Source of the DNA: the human T2T-CHM13v2.0 reference genome, Homo sapiens
Assembly: GCF_009914755.1 (NCBI RefSeq)
Contig: NC_060943.1
Direction: 5' to 3' (one strand)
DNA: 64,000 bases
The notes beneath the pieces were generated by a model. That model ran no database searches. It was not told where the DNA came from and worked only from the letters and a program-made list of their open reading frames with translations. The translations under genes and the position numbers were made by a program. Below are positions 1-18,859 of this stretch, in pieces; the first letter of the stretch is position 1, and each line of letters starts with the position of its first letter.

Positions 1-264
<264 letters not shown>

Positions 265-615
265 TGATTGAATTTTTTTTTTTAATAGAGACGGCGGGGG
301 AGGGTGGGGGGGGGTCTCACTATGTTGCCCAGGCTGGTCTTGAACTCGTGGCCTCCATCATTCCTCCAGTGTTGGCCTCCCAAAGTGTTGGAATTAATAG
401 GCCTGAACTACCACATCTGGCTTCTAAACTGACTTGTTAGGCCAGGTGTGGTGCCTCATGCTTGTAATCCCAGAACTTTGGGAGGCCGAGGCGGAAGGAT
501 CACTTGAGGTCAGGATTTCAAGATCAGCCTGGCCGACATGGTGAAACCCCGTCTCTACTTAAAAAAAATATAAAAATTAGCCTGGTATGGTGGCAGGTGC
601 CTGTAATCCCAGCTA

Positions 616-871
<256 letters not shown>

Positions 872-1158
872 CTAGGAGCTATTAATAGAAGTTTCATCCT
901 GTTCTCTCCCAGCTCCCGCCTCTTTCCATCTCATCCTTCAGCAGCCTTCTTTGCTATGCCTCTCTCTGGCTTCATGGTATTAGGGGTGACTTGGAAAGAA
1001 GCAGGGACCAGAGGAATAATATTCACTGAGTTTGTGTAAAGAAAAAAGCTTTCCTTGCCTCTAGCACCTTGCAGCTCTTTTATTCCACCGCCTAGATGCA
1101 ACAGCAGAAATCATCTTTGCAATTCAAGGCCTAATATTCTGAATATATAAGGAGCTCC

Positions 1159-2891
<1,733 letters not shown>

Positions 2892-3609
2892 CTAACCAGT
2901 CACAGTGGCTTACGCCTGTAATCCCAGCACTTTGGGAGGCTGAGGCACGAGGATCGCTTGAGCCCAGGAGTTCCAGACCAGCCTAGGCAACAAAGGGAGA
3001 CCTTGTCTCTATAAAATAAAAAAAGGTTAGCCAGGCGTGGTAGGACATGCCCATCTTCCCAGCTACTCAGGAGGTTAAGGAAGGAGGATCTCTTGAGCCC
3101 AAGAGTTCAAGACTGCAATGCGCTATGATTGTGCCACTGCACTCCAGCATGGGTGACAGAGTGAGACTATGCTCTAAAAAAAATTAGTCAATAAGAGAGA
3201 CCCCAGAGATCTGTTTCGTCCCTTCTAACAGGTGAGGATGCAGCAAGAAAATGCCTTCCATGAACCAGAGAGCAGGATCTTGCCAGACACTAAATCTACT
3301 GGTGCCTTGACCTAGGATTTCCCAGCCTCCAGCACTGTGAGAAATAAATGTCTATTGTTTATAGGTATTCAGTTTGACAGATGGTCTTATTTATATGTCT
3401 GGACTCTCAACCGTGATGTTTGGGGTGCTGGGAGCCTCTCTCCTCAAGATTTCTCACCCTGCAAGAGGTAAGCCTGGGCTCCTTCATCCAGTGTCAAAGG
3501 GTTTTCAGCAGCAAGAAAGTGAGAACAGCAGTGACAAGTTCTTTTTGTTTAAATTTTTTAAACTAATTATTAATTTTATTTATTTATTTATTTATTTATT
3601 TTGAGATAG

Positions 3610-3798
<189 letters not shown>

Positions 3799-3888
3799 TG
3801 ATCTTGACCTCCTGAGCTCAAGCAATTCACCCACCTTGGCCTCCCAAAGTGCTGGGATTACAGGGGTGAGCCACTGCACCCGGCCTAA

Positions 3889-4029
<141 letters not shown>

Positions 4030-4896
4030 TGAGTAGCTGTGATTATAGGCACCCGCCATCATGACCAGATAATTTTTGTATTTGTAGTACAGGTGAGGTT
4101 TCACCATGTTGGCCAGGCTGGTCTCGAACTCCTGACCTTAAATAATCCACTCACCTCGGCCTCCCAAAATGTTGGGATTATAGGCGTGAGCCACTGCACC
4201 CGGCCTAATTATTCTTTTTTGGAAACGGGGTCTCACTGTGTTGCCTACACTGGTCTTGATCTCCTGGGCTCAAGTGATCCCCCTACAGTGCCGCCTCCCA
4301 AAGCACTGGGATTACAGAGGTGAGCCATCACGCCCTGACAAAGCTGCAAGTTCTTGAGGCCAGGAGCTCAAGGCCCAGGCTCAGAACTCATGGGACATCA
4401 ATATGTCTCATTCTATTGGCCAAACCAAGTTACAAGACCAGCTCAGATTTGAAAGGAGGAGGATCGACGCTATCTCTTGATGGAAGGAGCTGCACAGAAC
4501 TCATGGCCACTTGTATTCGACCACACACCTTTTCACCTCTCAGGTTGGCAAAAATAAAACAGTTTGATAATGCATGGAGTTGATGAGGCTGTGGGAAAAC
4601 AGATACTCCCCATTGTTTCTCCTGGGGGTGTAAACTGGTACAGCCCTACGAGAGGTAATTTTGCAATTGCTCTCAAAATCACAAGTGTGGCAAAACCTTC
4701 GTCATTTTCCAAAACCACTCACCACGTCCAGGAACTTGGTGCATGCGTGAAATGATATGGTCACAGGGCTCTTCATTGCAGCATAGTTTGTAACGTCAGA
4801 TGGGAAAATACTAATGCTACAAGAGGTGCACTTATCCAGCGGAAAAAGAAAGAAGAAACTCTTCATGCAATTCAGGTTACATTATGGCCAAGTTCA

Positions 4897-5262
<366 letters not shown>

Positions 5263-5370
5263 TTAAATAACTTGTCTGGGCTGGGTGTGCTGGCTCATGC
5301 CTGTAATCCTAACACTTTGGGAGGCCAAGGTGGGAGGATTGCTTGAGCCCATGAGTTTGAGACCAGCTTA

Positions 5371-5757
<387 letters not shown>

Positions 5758-6435
5758 CTAGTCATGAAGTGTCAGGCGCTGCTCCCTCCTCCCCAAACTC
5801 CAGACTTGGCTGAGGGACTCTCTGTCCCATCTTCTCACCTCTCCTGCACCAAAGGGTTCTTGGTTTACCTGGGAAGGATGTGAGCCAAGTCCCCAGACTT
5901 CTCCCTGCCCTAGCACCCCATTGAGAAAAGCCATCTCCCATCCCCAGGCTGCTATCTTTCCTCCTTAGGGTTGGCACCTTCCAGAGTCACCTCCTTGATT
6001 GTACACACTGATTGAGGGGCCCCACCTGGGATTCTGGGAAGCCTGGCAGGCCTGTGGGTGACCTTGAACTCGTCCTTTCTCTCGCTTGAGATCTCTCCTC
6101 TGAGCCAAGAGGGGAGGTCAACCTCAACTTGTCCCCTTAGCAGCCTTATTTATATTGCTAAATAACGATGATGATGATGATGACAACGACAATGACACAG
6201 CAGTTACTGCCCACTGTTCTAAGTGCTCTACATAAATCAACTCAATCCTCACAGCAGCCCTTCGATGGAGGTCCTCCTAGTTGCCCTGTTTTACAAATGA
6301 GGAAACTGAGGCCCAGTAGGTAAAATGTCTTGCCCAAGGCCACTTAACTTGGAAGTGGCAGAACTGGAATTTGAACTCGGGTTGTCTGGTTCTAAAGCGT
6401 TCATCACCCCTCTGGACGGGTGTGTGGTTTTCTTA

Positions 6436-6801
<366 letters not shown>

Positions 6802-7602
6802 TTACAGCAATCCAGGCCCTGGGCTACACCCATTTAGCAGATAAACACACTGAGGCCTGAAATAGGGGAAGGGACATCCCCAGAGTTACACCTCATAGGA
6901 GGAGCAGGTGGGGTGTCAAAGCCCATGAAGGGTGGACTTGCCAGGCACCAGGCTGGAAGGCCCCTCATGGGGTGGTTGAAATTGATCTTATTCCCACTGA
7001 ACAAGTGTGAAAATCAAGGTGGCCCAGGGAGGAGCAGGAGGAGAATGACACGGGTCTCATCCAGAGAGGGCAGATCAATTTCCCTTTTGGTGCAGCCCTG
7101 TGCTCAAGCCAGAGACATTTGGGTTCAAATCCTGGTTGTGCTGATTTTCTTATTATGTGCCCCTGGACAAGGCCTTGACTGCTGTGAGCCCTGGTTCCCT
7201 TTTTTGTAAAAGAGGGAACCCCAGGGCTGATTTCAGTTGTACTGGTTGTTAAAATATTGAGGTATGTCCAGATTTGGTTGATAAAATTCCCCTGCCTGGA
7301 GGCCTTGAGTGCCCTGATGGCATCTCTGGGTCCTCCCAGACATCTTCATATTCTAGAAAGATGAGGGAAAGACCGGGTCCCTGGAGGCCAACAGGCTGCT
7401 ACTCTAGCAAGTGGGCAGGATTGTTACTACCAATACCCTGGCCTGTATTGACAGGTGGTCAAATATTTTGAGTATCCTCCGTGGGTGGGGTTAATGATAA
7501 TGGCTGGTAGGACTACTGTAAGGATTTAGTGAGCTAATGTGTGTAATGAGTGATGAGGCAACCCATTATTATTTTATATTATTATTATTATTTCTTTTTT
7601 AG

Positions 7603-7941
<339 letters not shown>

Positions 7942-8584
7942 TGAGACGGAGTCTTGCTCTGTCACTGGGCTGGAGTGCAGTGGTGTGATCCCGGCTCACT
8001 GAAACCTCCGCCTCCCGGGTTCTAGCAATTCTATTCTCCTGCCTCAGCCTCCCGAGTAGCTGGGACTACAGGCATGCACCACCACGCCCAGCTAATTTTT
8101 TGTATTTTTAGTAGAGACAGGGTTTCACCGTGTTGGCCAGGATGGTCTTGATCTCTTGACCTTGTGATCTGCCTGCCTCGGCTTCCCAATGTGCTGGGAT
8201 TACAGTCGTGAGCCACCGCGCCAGGCCCTAATTGGCTTTTGCCATCCAGTGTTGGGCCTGGCCTTCTCCCGCAAGGGTGCAAAACAAGTTGGTAAAGATC
8301 AGAGAAGCTGGATGGGTAAGCCTGAACTGTGAAGTTAGATTTATCGGCAAAATGATGGGGCTCTTCAGTAACCTCAGGAAATGCCTTGGATATAGCACAG
8401 AGTTCAGCTTTAGTTCCAGAGACATAAGAAATCTGAGGACCTCAGTGTCGTTAGACAGCCTGGTCTTAAGGGGATAAGTTTTTATAGGTTGAGGTTGTGA
8501 AGCAGAAAGGAAAGGGGTGTTAGTGGGGAAAGACATCAGAAAAGAAAGAAAGAGAAGGGTTAAGAACCAGTAGATAAGGCCTGA

Positions 8585-8770
<186 letters not shown>

Positions 8771-9352
8771 TAATTTTTTTTTTTTTTTTTTTTTTTTTAG
8801 TAGAGACAGGGTCTCACCATGTTGGCCAGGCTGGTCTCGAACTCCTGGCCTCAAGTGATCTGCCCATCTTGGCCTCCCGAAGTGCTAAGATTCCAGGTAT
8901 GAGCCACGGCGACTGGCCCACCTGTCTAATTTTTAAATTTTTTTAAGATGCTGGGTCTCACTATGTTGTTCAGGCTGGTCTTTAACTCCTAGGCTCAAGC
9001 GATCCTCCCACCTTGGCCTCACAAAGTGCTGGGATTACAGGTACGAGCCCCTGCACCTGGCCACAACCTATTAATAGTAATAATAATAATAACAACATGT
9101 CCCCCTGTCCTTCTCTGGCCTCACTGAGTAGTCCCAGGCTTTCCCCACATGCCTCTCAGGACTTAGTTTCCCCATCTCGATGCTCTCTCAGTCCCCTCTC
9201 TTGCTGGGTGTCCCAGTGGCCAGGATGGTGGGTGGCACCACTATCTTCCCGGCCTATTTGCTCTCCCTCTTCCGGGGCTGCTACCCTGGCCAAGGCCCTT
9301 GAATAAAAGGCAAGGGCACCTGTGTCCTGCTTCCTTCTCTCCTGCCTGGATC

Positions 9353-9406
9353 ATGCTCTGGCTCTCTCTGCCCTGTTGCTCCTGGGAGCACTGGCTGCCC
9401 CAGCAG
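9353..9406 (+). pseudogene. LU gene exon 1: signal peptide M(x)LALSALLLLGALAAPA(G), ATG out of frame by 1 nt
   Basis: gatcATGCTCTGGCTCTCTCTGCCCTGTTGCTCCTGGGAGCACTGGCTGCCCCAGCAG|GTAAG. TATA-like AATAAAAG at 9302-9309. Confidence 0.75.
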
Positions 9407-10258
9407 GTAAGCGCGTCATGGTCCATCAGAAAGGGAGAGGGTCGGCTCAAGGTCACATGTGGTGTTGGGAGTCTGGCTTCAGAGTCTGGGCCCCAGGTCC
9501 TTCCAACTGGGCTCATTGTCTAGCAGGCAGAAGAACAGGGCAGCTGAGAACCTAGTTCTGGAACCAGGCTGCCTGGGTTCAAATCCTGACTCTGTCACTT
9601 CTTAGCCGTGTGACTCCAGACAAACCACATAACCTCTCTGTGCCTCATTTTTTCCATGTGTGAAGTGGTGACAATGCCCCTGCCTCAGACAGTTGTTGAG
9701 ACATTGGTTGAATCCACACGTTTGAGGAGCTCAGAACAGTGCCAGCCTGGCAGTGGCTCTGTTTGAGGGTGAGCTCTGCTGGATTATCCAGGAGCAGTTA
9801 CTGTTACTCTTTTACCTCACCTGCCTGTCTCCCCTTTGGCTCTAATTCTGCCACCTTTGCCTGAGTTGGGAATTAAGTGGTTTGGATCCTAGCCAGGACC
9901 TCACTGTGCGATCTTGAATTGAAACCCTAAACCCAGCAGCTCCCACTTAGAGATTCTGTGATTCTCATCTCCAAACCTTTGTCTGCGTTGTTTCATCGAC
10001 TTGGAATGCCATTCGCACTCCTCACAACAAAGAAGGTTGCTGATCTCCCAATGGCCCTCCCACCTCAGCCCTTAGTCCTATTCTTTTTTTTTTTTTTTTT
10101 TTTTGAGACAGGATCTCACTCTGTTGCCCAGGCTGGAGTGCAGTCGTGCAATCTTAGCTCACTGCAGCCTGAACTTTTGGGCTCAAGTCATCCTCAGCTT
10201 CCTAAATAGCTGGGATTACAGGCATGAGCCACCATGCCTGATTAGTCCTATTCTTGAA

Positions 10259-10260
<2 letters not shown>

Positions 10261-10301
<41 letters not shown>
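10261..10301. repeat. (TG)n microsatellite
   Basis: About 20 uninterrupted GT units. Confidence 0.95.
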
Positions 10302-10303
<2 letters not shown>

Positions 10304-11130
10304 CTTTGTCCTTCTCAAACTGCAGAGTCTGATCACTGTTTTCTTCCTTGCAGGAAGCTCTAAGACATGTCCAGCCTGCTCTTTGCTGTGAACCTGCATT
10401 GAAATAACTTGTCCTTCTGCCCAGGACTTCTGCTTGTTTAGCCAGATGCAGCTGGGTGGGGGACCGGGCTGGGGACTGGACAGGGGCTGGGTGGAGAGAA
10501 TGGACAAAGGCAGTGGGTGGAAGGGGGGCATGGATGAGCCATCCTGGGACTGGAGATTGCCAGCCCTGCCTCATAGCTCAGCCTGGTGCTACTGGGGTAA
10601 AGGGCAGAGGGCAGCTGAACAGCAAAAGAGGCCCTGGATTGGCCAGGGGGATGGCTATAGAGTGGGCAGAGGTCCTGGAGGGCTTGGAAAGCAGGGGCCC
10701 TAATCTCCCTTCCTCAAACTCTATCCCTAGAAAATGGGACTCTCATTGAGAAGGGGTCATGTGTGGCCCCTGGAGAATGCTAAGAAGGTGTCTACGCCCT
10801 GACCTACAGCCCCCATGCAAGCCTCTGGGTCAGCACAGCCTCTTGTGAAAACAACTGCAGCCACCTTCCCCAGTAAGGTTTGTTGGGAGGACCTCAGGCT
10901 CACACACCAGGGTAGGGTGTCATGGGGACCCAGCCTCAATTTCCTGCCTCACAGCTTTTTGTCTGGCTGATTGGGGCAAGAAGGAGACTCTCAGTTTTCT
11001 CATCTGGAAAATGGGTGTGATGTAGGTTTTAAAGGGTGTTCATCCCCTAGGCTGGCACATGGTAGACACTCCTTTTGTTGCCATGTTTATTTGAATACTG
11101 GGAGGCTAAAGAGAACTCCAAGCTCTTTTC

Positions 11131-11165
<35 letters not shown>

Positions 11166-11488
11166 GAGACAGAGTCTCACTCTGTTGCCCAGGCTGGAGT
11201 ACAATGGCGCAATCTTGGCCTACTGCAACCTCCACCTCCTGGTTCAAACGATTCTCGTGGCTCAGCCTCACGAGTAGCTGGGATTACAGATGTACACAAC
11301 CACGTCCGGCTAATTTTTGTATTTTTAGTAGAGTCAGGGTTTCGCCATGCTGGCCAGTCTGGTCTCAAACTCTTGACCTTCAGTGACCTGCCCGCCTGGG
11401 CCTCTCAAAGTGCTGGGATTACAGGCATGAATCTCTGTGCCCCGCCTCTCTTTTTGTCTTTAATAGAGGGGCTCCCCTTGAAGGCTAG

Positions 11489-12005
<517 letters not shown>

Positions 12006-13139
12006 GTGGTGACAAAGATCACTTTTCGTTGCTTGGTTATTTCTTCTAAGAAGGAATTTGTACTTGGCAGATGTAGCAATGGGGAGAGGTAGCCATCCTT
12101 TCAAACAAGTGCGATTTCCCTCCTCCTAATTTGTGTCTAATTGCCCTCCTAAATTGTGTCTCTCAGCAAAATAAAACCCCCAGGTTCAAGTTACGAGGTG
12201 GGCATGCTATTCAGTATATAAAATGCCAGGTATGATTATAACTGCATTAATTTTTTTTTTAGACAGTCTTGCTCTGTCGCCCAGGCTGGAGTGCAGTGGT
12301 ACAATCTTGGCTTACTGCAACCTTCACCTCCTGGGCTTGAGCAATCCTCACACCTCAGCCTCCTGAGTACCATGGCTACAGACATGTGCCACCATGACTG
12401 GCTAATTTTTTTTGCATTTTGTAGAGATGGAGTTTCGCCATGTTGCCCAGGCTGGTCTGGAACTCCTGGGCTCAAGTCTTCCACCTGCCTCGGCCTCCCA
12501 AAGTGCTGGGATTATAGGCATAAGCCATTGTGCCCAGCCTCGGTCTCAAACACTCCTTGCAGCCCCTGAAAACTTATTCTGGGGCCAGGCGCAGAATCAC
12601 TTTGGAGGGAAATGATCTGGATTGTGGGAGTAGAGGCAGTGAGAGAGGGAGGGCAGGAGAACAGAGGCCTAGTGAGGAAGGATGGCTGTAGGGGTGTTCC
12701 TCAGCCCCCACCCCGCCCTGACTTTGTCCACTCCCACCAGAGGCAGGGCCCAAGGCCAAGCCCAACACTGTGAAATGTCACTACTGTTCCAGGAATAAGT
12801 CGGCTCCATGAACTGCACTGGGAAACAGACTGCATGTGTCACCCTCCACGGGACCTGGAGTAGAGGTAAGGGCCCCTTCACAGGAGGTGATTTTTGTGGC
12901 AGGTTTCTTCCCACCTGCACAAATAAGGCTTGAGCTTCATTTGTACGTGCGTCCTGGTTATGTATTGCCATTTAACAAATCACCCACAGGCCAGGAGCAG
13001 TGGCTCACACCTGTAATCCCAGTACTTTGGGGGGCTAAGGCGGGAGGATTACTTGAGCCCAGGAGTTCAAGACCAACCTGGGCTACATAGCAAGTTCCCA
13101 TCTCGAAAACAAAAACAAAAACAAAAAAACCCCAAATCA

Positions 13140-13620
13140 CTCACAAGGTGGGTGGCTAAAAATGACAATCATTTAATGATCTCTTCCAGTTTCTTTGGTT
13201 TGGGAATTCAGGAAGAGCTCCTCTGGAGAGTTCTGAGTCTCTCGTATGTTGTAGTCAGAGGGTGTTAAGAGCTGGAACTGCTGGGGCAGGAACAACCAGG
13301 GGCTTTCTGAGCATCTCTTGCATATATGTAAGCACAGGCCTTTCTATGTGGCCTCTCCACATTGGTTAGATTGAGCTTCCTCCCATCATGGCTACCTCAA
13401 GGCTCTTTACATGGTGGCTAACGATTTCATTCAGCAAACAAAGTTACAGCTGCTTGGTCTTTATGTCTCAGCCTTGGAAGTCACATAATGTAACTTCTAT
13501 TCTGCTTTATTGATCAAAATGGTCACAAAAGTTCCATCTGGTTTCAAGATGAAAGAGGCATGGACCCCACCTGTTGATGTGTCATAGATTTGCAAAGGTA
13601 TTTTTAAATCACCAGTATGA
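13140..13620 (-). mobile_element. Old MLT1-type MaLR LTR fragment
   Basis: MLT1-like blocks such as gtggctaaaaatgacaatcattt, agccttggaagtcacataatgtaacttc and ccccacctgttgatg. Subfamily not assigned. Confidence 0.55.
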
Positions 13621-15464
13621 TTTGCAAACAGTTGGAGGAGAGGCCTTTTCAGCAAAAGATTTATAATATAACCACAGTAGCCAGAGGATAGACTAATTAT
13701 GAAGCCAATCAAAGGATCGAGAGCAGTAGCCTGGGCTTCTGCTTTTGGCAGTATGGTGGACTCAATCCTCTAAAAGGTCTTCTGCTCCAAACAGTGGCAC
13801 ACTGGGAAGGTGGAGGACTGAGACAGTGAAATAGAGGAAGTGGCCCATCATGGTTGGGAGGAGCAGTTTATCACTGACATTGCTTAGAATTGCTGGTACT
13901 ACCTGGTGATAATAAAAAGCAAACTGATTTTTAGTTGGTTTTATGATTTAAAAAAATTCTCTATAGGCTGGGCACGGTGGTTCATGCCTGTGATCCCAGC
14001 ACTTTGGGAAACTGAGGCGGGTGGATCACTTGAGCACAGGAGTTCGAGACCAGCCTGGCCAACATGGTGAAACCCCATCTCTGTTAAAAATACAAAAATT
14101 ACCTGAGTATGGTGGCACACACCTGTAATCTCAGCTACTTGGGAGGCTCAGGTAGGAGTGAGCCGAGATTGTGCCACTGCACTCCAGCCTGGGTGACAGA
14201 GTGAGACTCTGTCTCAAAAAAAAAATTCTCTATAGACACTAAGCCCCTTGTAGCCTGTTCCCAGGCTGGACTGCTCCCACTCCCTTCCCCTGCTTGGTAT
14301 GCCACTGTTTACAGATAAACAAGATCCTGTACAGAAATATTTTTCCACACTTTTTGGGGTTGCAGAAAGTTAAGAAAATGTCCACGTGTCCCTAAGCAAA
14401 ACAAAAATGTGAACAGAAATCATAATGGGAGCAGTGAGAAAACATGGAAGGCATGGTGGCCTGGGAGCAAATGCTGATAATAACCTGCTTTAGGTAAACA
14501 GGTCTTGGGCTGGCAGCATGCTTCTGGAATTTAGATTCCCACATAAGCAAGGGACCTCGGACAGAAGCCAAAATGATCCCTGGTCAGTAGCACCTCCTGG
14601 CACTCAGTAGAATCAAAAGCAATTCCTTCCCAGGGAAAAGCTCCCAGGATTCCCACAGATGAATATCAACCAAATATGAGCTCACAATCATAGTTCATGA
14701 AACGCACAAGGAAACAAGCCACCATGAGTGATAGCAGAAATAACAAATCACAGATACAGACCTGTGAGGAGCTCAGCTATTGTAATTATCAGCTGTAGAA
14801 CATAGCGTACCGGCACGTGATATGTCTGAAGGAATAAACTTAGAATCACAAATGTGAGCAGGCAACAAGAGGTTGTAAAAACTGACCAGGTAGATTTGAA
14901 ACTGAATCATATAGAACTACTAAGATGGCAACTTTCAGATAGCGAAAGATAGACATCAAGTTGGAAGGCTTGGACTCTGAGCCTCTTGTTGCAATCTCAT
15001 CTCATTTCCACAGGGGGTCCCCAAATTCTGAAGGGCTGTGCTACACCAGAGGTCTGCAACTTACATGAGAATGCCACCCTGGGTCCAGAAGACTCTGGAT
15101 TTCATCTCACCGCTAAGCCTGAATGCAACTGCCTTACTCCTACACATCCAGGTGCTTTGACCCCTGCCTTCCTAAAAACCCAACCTTTCTTACCTCCCTG
15201 GATCCCCTATGCTCTTTTCAAACCTATGTGTTCCCAGGGTGTCCACACTTCCTACGATAATGCTCCCAATGAGTACAGTTACCCATACACACACACACAC
15301 CACCTGACACACTCAGAAGCAGAACATCTATTGGCACATATCCACAAACATCCACATTTACATCCTAGCACCCAAAACAAATATGCAGAGGCACACAAAT
15401 TTCTAAACATGAACATACTCTGAACATATTATGTGAGTGAGGTTAAAGATCCACGTTCTCTTTA

Positions 15465-15788
<324 letters not shown>

Positions 15789-16010
15789 TTAACAAAGAAC
15801 AGTCACAAGAAGTTTTGTCTTCCGCAAAAGTGATATGCTAATTGAAATAGTATTTACTGGGGCCACAGTTTATTAAGCAATTCAACCAACTGAACAGAGG
15901 GATAGACGTTTTAGAGGTGAGAAAGGCAATTTTCTCTGGATACAGCTGCATTCCCTCAGCTCCAGAGATGTAGAGGAAACTTTGTCAGAAACTACACCAG
16001 AAAGGACCAT

Positions 16011-16011
<1 letters not shown>

Positions 16012-16068
<57 letters not shown>
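16012..16068. repeat. (TC)n(TG)n compound microsatellite
   Basis: Directly visible at an Alu tail. Confidence 0.9.
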
Positions 16069-16310
16069 TTTAGAGACAGAGTCGCCGTCTATTACCCAGG
16101 CTGAAGTGCAGTGGCATGATCATGGTTCAATGCAGCCTTGACTTTCCAAGCTCATGCAATCTTCCCACCTCAGCCTCCTGAGCAGCTAGCACCACAGGCA
16201 CACACTGCTACACCCAGCTGATTTTTCAATTTTTTTTTTAGAGGTGAGGTCCTCCCTACGTTGCCAAAGCTGAAGAACCATTCTGTGATGCAAAAGAGAG
16301 TGTGTTTACT

Positions 16311-16623
<313 letters not shown>

Positions 16624-16715
16624 TTACTGAATTTGCAGGCAAAGCCGAAACATTCTCACCTTAGCTTCTTCAAATCTCCAGCTGCCAGGAGTTTTCCTTT
16701 TTTAAACTAAGCAAT

Positions 16716-16749
<34 letters not shown>

Positions 16750-17164
16750 TGAGACAGAGTCTCTCTCTGTCGGCCAGGCTGGAGTGCAATGGTGCGATCT
16801 TGGCTCACTGCAACCTCTGCCTCCTGGGTTCAAGCGATTTTCCCTGCCTCAGCTTCCCAGGTAGCTGGGATTGCAGGTACCCACCACCAAGCCTGGTGAA
16901 TTTTTGTATTTTTAGTAGAGATGGGGTTTTGCCATGTTGGCCAGGCTGGTCTCGAACTCCTGACCTCAGGTGATCCACCTGCCTAGGCCCCCCAAAGTGC
17001 TGGGATTACAGGTGTGAGTCACTGTGACCAGCCCTGAGCAGCGGATTTAATTAATTATCACAATGAAGAAAAAAGGCTGACTTGGGAGCTCGAAATTTAC
17101 AAGATGGAAAGAAAAAGGGCAAAATAGGAAGACTAACAACAGAAATGTGGGACGCGGAATTTTT

Positions 17165-17745
17165 GCACACATGATCCCTGTGGACACAGACACAGAACAT
17201 ATCTATGCATGGACACACAGGCTTTCATATATATGACATGGGAAAGAGACAGGCATAAACACCCACAAACATACAAAAGCACAAAATATACACAGGCAAG
17301 CTGAAATACATTACCAACATCCATGAACGTTCACATCTGTATACCAACATATATATATATACAAGCACCCCCACACCTTGATGGAAACACAGACACACCC
17401 AGCCACAGAAACACACACATACCCATAAAACCAGCCTTATACACATACACATAAACACACGCCTTTGTTTATACAGACACGCAGGTAAACACCTACTCAC
17501 ACAGTGTCCTGCAGAGCTACAAAAACACACATCCCTGACCTCCTGCAGACAGTTTCAGAAACACACAGACAATTCAACACAGGAAGGCACAGCCAGATGT
17601 GCACACAGACTTAACAGGCCTGCAAACTTGCACACACAAATGGCATTCTTGCAGAAGTGCGCACAAAAGGCACTTTTGCGCACTCATGGGCACATACTGA
17701 TGTGCCTGGAAACTCAGCTCCATGCACGTGCATGCACACTGGTTG
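17165..17745. repeat. CA-rich low-complexity tract directly upstream of LU exon 2
   Basis: Degenerate acacac/acatac runs over about 580 bp. Confidence 0.7.
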
Positions 17746-17778
17746 TCTTCCATCCAGTTCATCTTCCTCTGTCCCCAG

Positions 17779-17910
17779 GTCCTCATGCAACTGTGACCCA
17801 CACCAAAGCTGAGACCACCGACTGCTTCACCTGCTGAGACCTCCACAGCTGTGGCCCCCTTCCATGCCCAGAGGATAATCACTACTGCCTTCAGATGGCA
17901 GGCATCACAG
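17779..17910 (+). pseudogene. LU gene exon 2: GPHATVTHTKAETTDCFTC*DLHSCGPLPCPEDNHYCLQMAGIT
   Basis: ctctgtccccag| acceptor and |GTGAGT donor, 132 nt. Five Cys of an LU N-terminal half. In-frame TGA at 17835-17837. Confidence 0.85.
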
Positions 17911-18124
17911 GTGAGTGCCCATGGGGACAGAAATAGGGCTTGGGGTACAGCAAGACCTATCCTCACTCTCCCACTTTGCTGCCTAGCTTCAGCCATTGTA
18001 GCCTTTTCCTGGACATGCAGGGCAGAGGCTAGGGTGCAGTGGAGGGTGTGAGTTTGAAATCTGCTGCCATAGTTGTTTAAGTTACTGCTGAATAACAAAC
18101 TGGCCAGAACTTAGTGGCTTAACC

Positions 18125-18355
18125 AGTCATAAAAAGACAAATACTGTATGATTTCACTGAGTTATCTAGAGTAGTCAAAATCATTGAAACAGAAGATAGA
18201 ATGGTGGTTGCCAGAGGTTGGGGGACGGGGGAATGGGAGTTGTTCAATGGGTACAGAGTTTCAGTTGTGCAAAATGAGTTCTAGAGAGCTGTTACACTCA
18301 ACAATGTGAATATAGTTAACATTACTGAATTGTGCACTTAAAAATTGTTAAGAAG
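18125..18355 (+). mobile_element. L1M 3'-end fragment
   Basis: aaaagacaaatactgtatgatt...gaatggtggttgccagagg...gggtacagagtttcagtt...gaattgtgcacttaaaaattg. Confidence 0.75.
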
Positions 18356-18431
18356 GCCAGCCGGGCGCAGTGGTTCATGCCTTTAATCCCAGCACTTTGG
18401 GAGGCCAAGGCCAGCGGATCATCTGAGGTCA

Positions 18432-18644
<213 letters not shown>

Positions 18645-18647
18645 TTA

Positions 18648-18770
<123 letters not shown>

Positions 18771-18859
18771 CTATTTTTTTAAAAAAAACATTAAGAGGGT
18801 ATATTTTATACAGTGTGATTTTCAAAAAAAAAATCACAATTGAAAAAAAGCTTCTTGGA

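Noticed and set aside
12787-12795. GAS-like TTCCAGGAA in LU intron 1, near GC-box-like motifs
   Set aside because: A single 9-mer is expected by chance in 64 kb, and there is no supporting evidence.
17574-18098. 174-aa minus-strand ORF
   Set aside because: It is antisense to LU exon 2 and the CA-rich tract, uses a non-ATG start and has no motif.
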